Assembly (NCBI GenBank): GCA_043228905.1
Contig: JBHGNT010000005.1
Location: 1,488,001-1,552,000 of the forward strand
DNA: 64,000 bases
Source: Azolla caroliniana
Taxonomy: Eukaryota; Plantae; Polypodiophyta
Direction of reading: 5' to 3'
The notes below the pieces were generated by a model that did not search any database, was not told the origin of the DNA, and worked only from the letters and a program-made list of their open reading frames with translations. This document shows, piece after piece, positions 39,164 through 51,064 of the stretch. Within the stretch, counting starts at the first letter, position 1. The number at the start of each line of letters is the position of its first letter. The position numbers were made by a program, and so were the translations under genes.

Positions 39164-41690
39164 ACAGAAGAAGAAGTTCGTCTTCTCAATGTGTTAAAAC
39201 TATGAAGCGGTGATGGCGTTCTCCGACTGAGAGACAGAAGAGAGGCGGGTTCGATTGACAGGCAAGTTCATTATGTCTATTTACATGAGCATAGATCTGC
39301 TCCTTATTTCTCAGTCCTTCACACCACCATTTGTTTAGGTTATGTTTCTCTCTAGTTTCTATTCTTTGTTTTTAAGATGCCATCGTCAATCATATGTGGA
39401 CGACATAAGATCATGATGGCTGACGTCCACATGTTCTAGCTTCAATTTCTTCTTGTGTTTAACGAAGATGAGGTGAATTATGATTAAAATACTCGTTTTT
39501 TGAATTACCTGTAATTGATTGTTGTTAATTGGATCAAACGTGAAGAAAAGAACGGAAGATCACAGTAGCTTCAAGAGGAGGATATATCATTATATGGGAG
39601 CTTCCAGAATGGGAATGTTGAAGGAAGGAACAACCTAACCAAAATAACATCCATGATTGTAACTCACTATTCTACCATCTGCATAATGAATAAAAAACGA
39701 AAAGGCTTTCCTAGGACTCCCATTTTGTGAGGGAAGAACATGGCTGATTTACATCATTTTTTAAAATGCTGACGAGTATACCACCTCCAAAGAGGTTTTT
39801 CTAGCGCCTTGCATTTATTAAAGAACTGTGGGAATGTTTACAAGTATATACTAGGTTTTCTTGCCTGCATCTGATTTTTTATAGCTTTCAGTCAATCTAT
39901 CTGCACAAAATTGGCATGGAAGTTGTATTGAAATTCATATGTAGTTAGTTTTTGGATGTACCCTACCAGCCAAGTATATGCTTTCCACTCTAGTGTGAAT
40001 GTATTGAAGTATCTTTGGAAAGGCTTATCATTGTATTTACCAAGCTGACAAAAACCTACACTTAACAAAAACATGCCATGAGTGCTTGACACAAAAAGGA
40101 AGACAAATGGGCTATGTGGAGTTGCATGACAGTGCATGGCCTATGAGACCATATGCATGACTATATGGAATTGAAATGGCTCTTGAAGAACAGATGTTGG
40201 GTTGATGAACACAGCTATTGCTTTAGAACTCCCTGATGTACAAGGGTATAGATGGGAATCATTATGTCATCCCTAACCACAAATACTGGTAAGCACTAAA
40301 GGCGTCGGAGCAGTGGTGCTATTGTACAAGAAGAACCTCCAATATAGAGTTTATGCTGTGTATATGGATGTAGGCGTGGATGGTATGTGGAGACGAATCA
40401 AAAGAGGGGATCTTAGGGAACTGTACATTGCAATTTGCTAATTTCCATCATCCTATTCAACCAAAAGAAGTCTTCCAACTCAGAGATGCTTGGAGCGCCA
40501 AAGTAACTCAGAGGATCTATACACACAAACAACCAAAAGAAGTCTTTCAACTTCTTGTGAGGAAGAAGAGAGTAAATTTAAAGCGCGTGTGTAAAACTTG
40601 TTCCTAGGACAAGACAGTAAAAGAGCATGGAAAATGTTTAATGAGAGGCAACCTACCACACAACTGACGTCACTTCAAGTGTGGCATGAATAGGCTAAGG
40701 TACTATATGATATCCCCAGGCAGCCCCCACTTCCCCATCGACATGGCTCACGCCCAGTTGAATCCATCTTCTGTACTCCACAAAATGTAAGAATACCATG
40801 ATCTGTTGCTATTTGAGAATCTCCAAGATCGGGATGGATTGGTAGGTGAGCAGGTGCTTTTAGTGGTTTGATGCACCTAGAGATATAGATGTTTACCACA
40901 GAGCAGTTCTTATTCCCTGGATGCCTTTCATGTCCATTGTACCGTTCAACTGACATTCCATCTTAAGTGTGTCTATACTCAGCTGGCTATTTTTCTTCTT
41001 TATCTCTGGAGTTAGTGGACTTAGATCCCCCATCAACATATTAGAGTCAAAGCTTAATTGTTAACGTTTGTGCTTATGTTTATGTTCATGTGTATGGTTA
41101 TAATTATGTTGCTTGATTGTACTTGTTAAGCACTTCTACTAGTGCATGGATACCCACCATAATCATTGGTTTTGTGCTGAAATTACAATTCTTTCTATGC
41201 TATGTTCACATTCTTAATAAAATTCTCAAAGAAATATACAATATAACCGAGTATCACTCAGTTTCATGTAATTTATCATTTCCGGTATTCTTCTATCCCC
41301 TATGTTTCCACATCATCCTTTCCATGTTGATAGTGCAAGCAACATCATATTTTTCTCATTTGTGATCTCATCCGGTTAATTTTTGGTGTTATACAGGGTC
41401 ATTTCATTATTTCAAAAATTTCTGCCTAGTAGTGCTAATGGAATGTATATTTTTTATTTTTGGTTGGCATAGCTCATATTGTATTTAGAGAACTCTTGAC
41501 AGTGTTGAAGCATACAGTCCATAATCCTTAGTTGCAGCTGCTTTATTTTGGTAGCTGCGACTAATATGTACTCACTGGGTTAGTTGTGTTACAGTGTCAT
41601 GCCCATTTCTTCTCTTCGATTATAAGTGGATAATGGAGTAGCTTTCAGAACTTAATATACATTTGTTTGACTGCTTTTAAAAGAGAAGGG

Positions 41691-42271
41691 ATGGTGCGTA
41701 ATACAGCCATAGGCAACATCAGGTCATTTTTGGGCACGGCGTTGGGTGGTCTAAAGGGACGGAGTAATGTGGCTGCTTGGATCGTTGCTGGATCTGCTGC
41801 TTACTTCCTCTGGGTAAAGCCTGAACGTGATGCACAGAAAGAACGTGAGGTGAAAACCACCCCTTTAACTAAGAAGATCTACTAAGTGTTGATGCTTCCC
41901 AGTGAGTTACCTAAAAGATTTATAAGGAAAAACATCCAGAATGCCCCAAATATTTCTCCAGTATTTTCAAGAATGCCCCTAATTATTTTTTAAATGACCA
42001 AAAAAACGCATCATATCCTTGTTCTGCATTGGAAATTAATCATTTGACTGAATATGCTTTCAGGCTAAGGCACTCCTCAGTGCACAATCAGACAAATATC
42101 GCTATGTGGAGAAAAGGAAACCCATATCAGATCCTCAGGTGTGAGGTTAACATATCCTTTAAGATAATACTCTTTATTGTTAAATAAATTAATCACGTTT
42201 TTTTTCATGTTTGTGAATAGGAAACTGGCCTTATCAAGGGCATTAAAAAGGAAGATACACCTTCCTCATGA
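41691..42271 (+). CDS. Small (94 aa) single-TM plant protein of unknown function
   Basis: Exons 41691-41849, 42064-42138 and 42221-42271 (GT-AG, in frame): MVRNTAIGNIRSFLGTALGGLKGRSNVAAWIVAGSAAYFLWVKPERDAQKEREAKALLSAQSDKYRYVEKRKPISDPQETGLIKGIKKEDTPSS*. From memory, it resembles a conserved uncharacterised plant family (…YRYVEKRKPIPDPQETGLI…). Confidence 0.85.
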
Positions 42272-45121
42272 ACAGAATGTTCAGTATCTCACTGCAGTAT
42301 ACATACAGTGCTTCAAAGGGTAGCTTGGATCCAAGTTCTTATATGAAGGACGAATACACCCTTATGAAGGCACGATTGTTTTCCTACTTATGCTAATGAA
42401 TTATCCTCAAGATCGGGAAATTTTCTGTTAGAAGTTGTACATTCTATTCCATATCAGCAAACCACCAATTTGAATCTGGTTTCACCTACAGTGATCCACT
42501 AGTATACGATGTCTGATGCAATGTCTCATAAAGTTCTGCGGTTTATTACGACGGTAGTGCATGGAGAAACTTTACTTAATAAGCTTGAGAAGTTGGATTC
42601 ATTATTAGATCCATTTGTGAACTCCATATTTTAAACAATGTGGTAAAGAAGTTGCTGACTTGTGGTCCTCAGGGTGTGTTACCCAGTTCAGAGTCTTTCT
42701 GAAATCTTTACTTGTAGTACATGAAGTCTGTGATTTCTTTGTTAGAATGCATTATGTCTGAATTTCTTATTTACAAGCAAATATCATTTAAAATTTGAAA
42801 AACATGGTCATGCTCATAATAATAGTCATTTGTAGACATTGATCTTGTTATTCGATCCAAGGTACTAACAACATGTTACCGATGGTATTGTGAGTGTATT
42901 GTTAAAGATGATGTTCCTTCCTTCATGATATGATATTGTCGATGATTAGTTGTGATGTATTATCATGCTACACTTGAAAAGTGTTGGAACATTACGTCCA
43001 GTTGCTATTATTGCTGTTATCAGAAGATATTTGCTTGATTTGCCCAACTTTCGGACAATCTCCTCAGCTTATCTTAGGTGCTCTCCTTACTGTTAATAAT
43101 TCTCCAAATTTCTCAAACTTTTCGGTTGATGGGCTGTCCATGTGCTCTTTCCTTTGATGCAACATTGGGCAAATAGTAAACAAGTTTTTGGAAAATATAG
43201 CATGTAGACACATTGAAAATCAAATATGGCATATATATGTTTCATGTCCAATTAACCATCAAGTTTTTTAATGTTGGCATTTTAATCACCTTGTGCATAT
43301 GTATCCAAAGCCACTTCAAGAAGAACCATTGTACGGGAACTAGTCAACCTCTTTCAGTATGGGGTTTGCCTTTATGTGACGACACTAAAACAAATAGAAG
43401 ATATTCATTTAGAGAATTATCTACCCTCATCCCTCTATGACAACACACAGTAGAAATTTTGAAGATACGCCAGTTGAGTGAGTGAAGTGAATTTATCAGC
43501 CTCTATAATGTATGGCATTTGCCATTACATGATAGAACAGATGGAAAAATGATGAAAAACTCCATTCTAATAAGCAACTACTCTTGGCCCTCTATGGTAG
43601 CACCACATACAAAGAGAATATAAATAATTCTAAGAAACTACTTCCGCTTGGAAGGAGAGGATTTTGTTTCACGCATCACACGTCACTCCTACCCACACAA
43701 CCCCTGTATGTTTTTTGAAAAGAAACCATTGTAGCTATCTATATTTCTTTGTGGATGCTCGAGCCTCAACCATTGGTACTAGCTCACGCTCACCCCAATG
43801 TGAAAAAAGACATTGGGGAGATGTGAGATGCCTTTCTCCTGGAGGGGTGTAACATGTGCGATGAAGCAAAAGCATACTGAGAGAATTCAATTAATAATCG
43901 TGGTAAAATTATCATTAAACTACATTTTCTTTTTAGCCAAGGGAGAGTTGATATTTTCAAATGGAATAGGGTTAGTTTCTATATACCCTTGATATGATGG
44001 GTATTTCCTTATTTTACTAAAGTGAATATTCATTAGATGCCATGATGCGTAATGACACCATCCTTCTTCCTCATTAGACATGAACAATTTGTCCAAGTAA
44101 CAACATCTACAACTTTTGAGTTCAGTTTTCCTGCTGATAGTTGACGTAGCAACCTCAACCTTTATATACAATTTGGTACTCGCTCAGAGATTACATCTCA
44201 GGAATACCTTGTAGAGATTCTTTTCTCCTGTTTGAAAACTCAGGGAACATTTTCTCGCACTTAGTGAAAACGCCGAGGAAAAAGTCTGCTCCGCTGCATA
44301 GCATTGGCATGCCAACTATTTGGGGCTGACTTGCTTCCTACTGGTGGCCAGAGATTTGTCAACCAATCAACAACCATATACAATCCAAACATGCAAATTT
44401 CTGTCCACCTCATAGTTATGTCAATAACATCACATCTATCATTTAGATGTGCTAGAAATTAATAATAAAAATCAGCAACAAGGCATGCTTTTTATTCAAT
44501 ATATGAATCTAATCCCAGTCACAAATTACTTCACAAAAACACATCTACGTATTACAGTAGAAGCCAGAAATTAACATGCTCGAAACACATGACCTTGCAT
44601 TTGCAAAGTTTCAGATATATATATATTCCTCATGATTTCAACATCATAAAAATATAATCGGAATCATAAAAAAAATCAGTCCAATTACATTCCTTTCGTG
44701 AACATTTCAAATAGTTTGGAAAACATCAAATAACTCATTTTTATAAATTATTCAAACAGCTGTCGATTTAAGAAATTGTGTGAAATTTAGAACTGAAAAC
44801 AGTTTCCAGACAAAATGTCAAAAAGAAAAGTGAAGGAAACGGTGCATTTGCAAATGCTCAAAACTTCTGCACAAACTACCTATGGTATCCATATAACACA
44901 AATGACATAAATTCACATATAAACACAAAATAGTTCTTAGTACAACATGAGTTTCTAAACCCTAACTAAGAGAACAAAGCAAGCTGTTTTTCTCGAGATC
45001 CAACAAATAATTCCCCAAACTGAGACCGACCGCAGAGTAAAATAACCAGAGCTTAGTGAATAGTTGAATTATACCATCCTATTTTCTTGTGTTATAATGG
45101 AAACAAGAGTTTTCTTGAATG

Positions 45122-46231
45122 CTATTCTTTGGAGGATTTATTGATGAGAGATTTATGGATGTGAGGTATGACACCGCCACCAGCAATGGTGCCCTTGATG
45201 AGGGTATCAAGCTCTTCATCTCCACGGATAGCAAGCTGGAGGTGGCGTGGCGTGATCCTCTTCACTTTCAGGTCTTTGCTTGCATTGCCCGCCAGCTCTA
45301 GCACCTCAGCAGTGAGGTACTCAAGGACAGCTGCCGAGTACACAGCTGCAGTGCCTCCGACCCTGCCACTTGCGGTCACTCTTGATTTCAGGAATCGGTG
45401 AATCCTCCCCACTGGGAACTGCATATAAATCATCAGAATAATAAGGCTATACATTAATTATCATGAAAACAAAGCAAAAGCATACATACATATGTACATA
45501 CGTACATTCATACATACATCGACAATATATATTCATGCATATACACTTCCACCAATTCGCTTATTGTCAGTGAAGCAGAATCCATTCATGAAAATGCTGG
45601 TGTTCTGTCTTCTTCTTTGTACGTTTCTAGTTTTAAGAGAAATGCGTTGAGCTGCTAGCCCATCACTTCTTTATGAGTATTTTTAATTCGCTCCTGGGTC
45701 TGTGTCCATGAGTATGTGTAAGTGTACCCAAATGGGTAAGCAGGATGTGACATACCTACATGTACGTGTCTCTACTCAATTAGCCACATTTTTAAACAGC
45801 CTTAACTCGAAATTAACACCTCGCCCTCCATTAACTCAAAAATTTCTCTCAAGGCTGTCAAATTGCTACACGGACTCTCTTGCTGTGGTCTCTCCGAAAG
45901 TTGCAGTAAAGGAAGCTCAATTCAGAGCTTTGAATCTCTAATGGTGTTTCAATCGCTCTGCTAATATGTATTACTCAAGTTTTCTCGTAAATTTCTATCA
46001 GGGAAATCACAAAACCACCAAAAGGAAAGACAATTTGAACATGAAAGGAAGGAGAAAGAAAATCACAATAAAGAAAGAAAGGGGGGAGAGAGAGAGAGAG
46101 AGAGAGACCTGAAGGCCAGCTTTGGCCGAGCGAGAGATGGGTTTCTTCTTGTCTTTATTGCGGTGATCGTCGTGATGAGATAGGATGGGAGCTTTTCCCA
46201 TCAAGAGGCCTTTCGCTCCTTTGCCAGCCAT
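45122..46231 (-). CDS. H2A.Z: Histone variant H2A.Z
   Basis: Exons 46231-46109 and 45418-45122: [10 protein letters not shown]...SRSAKAGLQ|[98 protein letters not shown]. Confidence 0.97.
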
Positions 46232-46692
46232 GGTTCCACCAACGCCCATGGGAACCTCTCGTATCTCTCTGTATATGAAGAGAAACAGAGAAGAGAAGGA
46301 GACAGGAGACAGGAGAGAAAGAGATGAGGTATAAGCTCTTGGCCCCCCCCCTTGCTTGCTTTCCTTCGTTCTCTTCTTTCTGCGTAGATCTGCGACAGAG
46401 ACAGGGAAGCTGCGAGAGAGGGAGGAGAGCCCACGAATTTCTGTTGGGCTGAGCGCGAAAAGGATGGGAGGGGGAGGAGAGGGAGAGGGAGAGAGAGGAG
46501 GCTCTGTTTTTTTGAAAACAAAAAACGCTACTGCTACTAACTTACTACCACCACTACATGCATACTATGTACATACACACTACTACTAGCTAGAAGTAGT
46601 TAGTTACAACTTAATAGTAGTATACATATAGTTACTAGTTTATTAGGAAGGAAGATCAAAAAGAAGAGAAGACAGTTATAATCCACCCCCAT

Positions 46693-46705
46693 GTGTGTAT
46701 GTATG

Positions 46706-46737
<32 letters not shown>

Positions 46738-46860
46738 TGTATGTATGTATGTATGTATGTATGTATGTGTGTGTGTATCATGAATGTATATGTATGTATA
46801 TATATGTATGTATATGTGTGTATGTATGTGTGAATGTGTGTGGTGGTGGTGGTGGTGGTG
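46693..46860. repeat. (TATG)n plus (GGT)n microsatellite
   Basis: Directly visible. Confidence 0.95.
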
Positions 46861-47562
46861 TTATATGGCACATATCGTAAACATTCGGTTTTAAGTGCGC
46901 ACTTTGATCTTTGGGAAAACAAGTGTACACTTAGGATATGGGACGCATTTGGCACTGCAGACAACCCTATGCATGATCTTCTCTCCCTTAGGCCAAGCGA
47001 ACAGCAAACTGATCAAAATGGCCTTGAAGGACATGTTCATCCACGTGAAATTGGAGATGAAAGGCTCTTTCCACGAGACGAGAAGCGCATTCAACGTGCT
47101 CTATAGCGAGCACCAACGCTGCCAACGTGTCCATGATCTGGTTCACCCATAGTAGCTAGACGATAGTTAATGGCAAACCAAATATCCCTTGTTTTTACTC
47201 ATATCTACCTACCTAAAGCCACTTAGTTTCTGATGTGTGTGATGAGCTATATAAGGAGACGATGTATGCTCATATAATTCTCTATCTAGTTCTCAAAGTT
47301 CAATGTGTGCTCCACACTTGTGTGTGTGTGTGTTGTGTGTAGATATATTATGGAAAGCCAGTCAATTAATGGACACATGTGCATTATGTAGACACCTAAA
47401 GATGATTTGCTTTTTTGTTGTAGGGAATAGTTTTTTGTTGACATAAAGCTCAAGTCCATGAAGTGCAATATGCCCATGTTATCACTAGAAAAAGCAAACC
47501 TATTTCTACTTACCCTAGTTCGGGTTTGCCTACTTAAGTCGAATAAATTTAGGATGCCATAA

Positions 47563-47997
47563 TGTTATGGGCATGACCATGTAATATCCTGTGCTGAGAA
47601 TTTACCGTAGTATGCTATACACATGGATAAAGTGTGAGGGTTAAACGAGAGTGTAAAGAAGGGGAGGATTACTTTTAATCCTCGGGATTGAGACAACCCA
47701 TTAGGCCAAGTGTGAACTTGCCTGGGGGCCTTAGGTATGGCTATAAATATGAGGCCTAGCTACCCTCATTTGACACATTATCGACTACATCGAGACTCTG
47801 ACATTGTGGTGGGTCAACTCTTGAGTGAGCATGTCAGCACCAGGTACGACTCGACGCCATGACGGTGGTATGGGACGCCGATCGAGGCTTGAGTTCGTCT
47901 CGATCCCTTCGCTCAGGGGTGGTCGGGTGGATCGACACCCTCTTTCTCTCTCTCCTTTCTTATTTATCTATCTTTTATCCTTATCATAGCTCTAACA
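47563..47997 (+). mobile_element. Solo LTR, 435 bp
   Basis: TGTTA...TAACA termini; flanks CATAA/CATCA (5-bp TSD, 1 mismatch); internal CTATAAATA at 47741; pyrimidine-rich 3' portion. Confidence 0.7.
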
Positions 47998-50710
47998 CAT
48001 CAAAATTCCGAGGAAAATATTTTTGTTCACGTAAGACTGAAGTGCTTGAAGCTTCACATGTCCACATCCTTACTAGACAAGGGAAACCAAAATTATGTTT
48101 TTAATGCTTGAATCTCCATACTTGAGTCAAATACTTATGTGATGTGGAAAGAAGTTTGGGGAAGAGAATTTTGTTCGCACAAAGTTGAAGTTCGCAAAGC
48201 CTAATGCCCCCACATTCTCATCAGAGAAGGTAAATCGAATTCCACTTGTTCTGGCTCTAATTTATTTACTTAAGGTTTGCAAGCCATGATGGTGTGTGTG
48301 ATGGTGTGGTAGCAACTTGTAAAACATTGATTTATTATATATTAAGTTGGGTTCTCGTAGGAAACAAAAACATGGACATGAACAAAATACACAATGTTAG
48401 GGTTGGAAGGATTGATTAGTGTATCTATACGTCGTGCTTTATTTCAAATTATGTCTACAAAGGTCGAAAGAAAGTAGCAAAATGGTTAAGGGATTCATTA
48501 GCATAAAATAACTTTTGAAATCATAGAAATATGTGATGTTGCAACAAAACATCACAATAGTTGTTATTATGAGCAAGTGCCAACAAATACCTTGACAATG
48601 CTCCAATTTCTTGCCCTTATATTGTAGTCCACTTCTATATTGATAGACACCATGTAATTGTGTTGTTGATTGTGTATGTAGTAGTGGACATGGTATGAAA
48701 GCTATCAAGGTTTTGCATTTGTCTGACAACGAGAGTTTGAAGCTCTAGTCAAGCCATTATGGTGCTAATGTTGTGAGTACGTGTGTGTTGAGGTAGAACC
48801 ACCATGACTTTATGGCACATCTTTGTACAACCACAAAAATAGCGACAAATTGTTTGTGATGGGAATCTTACAAACGAATGGTTTGCTTAGTGAGTGTAGC
48901 CAAAGTTGGCTATAGATAACTAAACACAAATCCTTGCTAAAGCTCAATTAAGAGTTTACAATGACTGATGACGCCATAAATGAGACACGAAGGTTTATGT
49001 ATCAAGGCCTTAACGCCTTAACAAGGATTGCCTATACATGAGGATCAATATCAAAGATTCAAAAGATTATACAATGATATTTCGTAGAAGAAAACTAAAT
49101 AGTGCTTATGTAATAACAATGTGCTTTAATCAATCACATATGGTGGTGTTATCTAAATCTTAAAGTGTTGTTCATTTATGATTGATTAACCACCTCAATG
49201 ACACTCGTTGGTGATGATATCACCCAAGTACACGACTTGTGTTCTTTCTGTGGTCACAAATTACAAAATACGCATGTATATTTAACCCTTGCACTTAAAA
49301 ACACGAGTCTTATCAATAGATTCTTCGATGTTAAACTATATATATACATATATATAGATATATAACACAAATTTATAAATCTAATTTACAGACAATGCAA
49401 TTGACATTTATTATCAAATATTTCAGCCATACCCAAATCATGTATAAAGAAAGGGTGGCGCATTCTATAAATCCACATATCCAACAAAGCTAACCAAACA
49501 TTAATAGGTTACCACTGCAACCAATATTTGTTTTCAAAATAAACTAAACATTGTAACACATGCAAATATTGTTCTCTCTTCTAACATACTAGATTTGCTT
49601 ACGATCATTATACTAATAATAACTAGCCATCCAACAACGAGTTATTCAACTAATATGGATATATTTGAAAAACTATGTTCTAAGTTTTTATGCAGATCAT
49701 TAAACAAACTACACTGTTTATCGCCAAAGAAATATTACACGAACACTTTTTGGTTGATGTTGTTGTATTCTTCCTCGAGGATTAGAAAAATTTGGCATAT
49801 CGTTAAACGGACACGAACAAATTACAAATCCTAGAGTGTTGTGGCTAGCGGAACTTAGGTTACATGAAGAAATACAAATGATTTCTAATGATCTATTCAT
49901 GTCCTAGTGGTCTATAGGACACATTTGTTGCTTTGAGATTGTACATTAGCATAAAATAGATGCACTCAACTACACCTCATCTTCTTCGATCAATTAAAGT
50001 ACATATAGACTACCATTTTCATTGGCAATGCAACATTTCGATCAATAAAAGTCTTGAGCATCGAGAGTTAATGATAAACCAAAAACCCACTATATTTTTT
50101 CTTCTATTTTGCTCCCATAGATCATAAAAGCCTTCATATGTCTAACTGTATGCATCACATTCTAAAAATAGCTCTAAAAAAACACATTAAGAGTAATTTT
50201 GATTGATTTAGAAAAGTCATGGGCGGAACAAGAGATCTACATACTCGATTTTTCGCAATGAAGTGTTGTGGGCCATTAAATCCATACGCACAACCACCAT
50301 TGCCTAGTAGTGAGAATATGTAGTAAATCATGGTTTTATGCGAGGGTACAACGCATTCTCCTCTCATGGGTGTTTTTTTTGGTAACGGAACAAGTATTCA
50401 AAAGAACAAGAAAAGGGAATTCTCGTTGCAATGTCTCCCTAAGATAATGTTCTATCTCACGGAGGAATTGGTTTTTATTTATTTTTATATATTTAGCATC
50501 GAAAGACAATACAAACCCACACTTACTTCCCTTTTTTATTTATTTGTTCTCACATGTTGTAGTAGTGAATGGTTTTCCCTTTGATAAAAGGGGAAAAAAT
50601 TCATGAAAGTGTGATGGTAAGTAAGTAAGTAAAGCCATATATTTTCCTGCTTGTATTTCACCATGAAAGAGAAAAAAGAAAAGGAAAGAGAGGGAGGAGG
50701 GATTAAACAA

Positions 50711-50866
50711 GAAATGAAAAGAAATGAAAAGAACAGAGATGAAATGAAATGAAATGACAGAGATGAAATGAAATGAAAAGAACAGAGATGGAATGAAATG
50801 AAATGACAGAGATGAAATGAAAAGAAAAGAGACGAAATGAAATGAAATGAAATGACAGGAAATGAA
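50711..50866. repeat. (GAAAT)n-based compound repeat upstream of the PEPC gene
   Basis: GAAAT pentamers interspersed with GAAAAGAACAGAGAT and GACAGAGAT, forming a higher-order unit of roughly 45-55 bp. Confidence 0.9.
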
Positions 50867-51064
50867 TGCAAAACCCTCCCTCCCTCGTGTCTCAGTCCTG
50901 CCATCTCTATTCAACTTAGCAAGTCGTAGTTAGAAGCAGATGGCGATGGCGATGGCGATGGCGATGATGATGAAGAAGTAGAAGACCTCCACGCTCAAGT
51001 TTCTCTGTCTTTGTCTCCGTCTCTCTTCTTTCTCCTTCTCCACGTTTCCTGTTTATCTTTTACC

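Noticed and set aside
40195-41038. Possible solo LTR (TGTTG...CAACA)
   Set aside because: No TSD and no other diagnostic motif.
50536-50914. FISFH-repeat ORFs
   Set aside because: Translation of the (GAAAT)n array.
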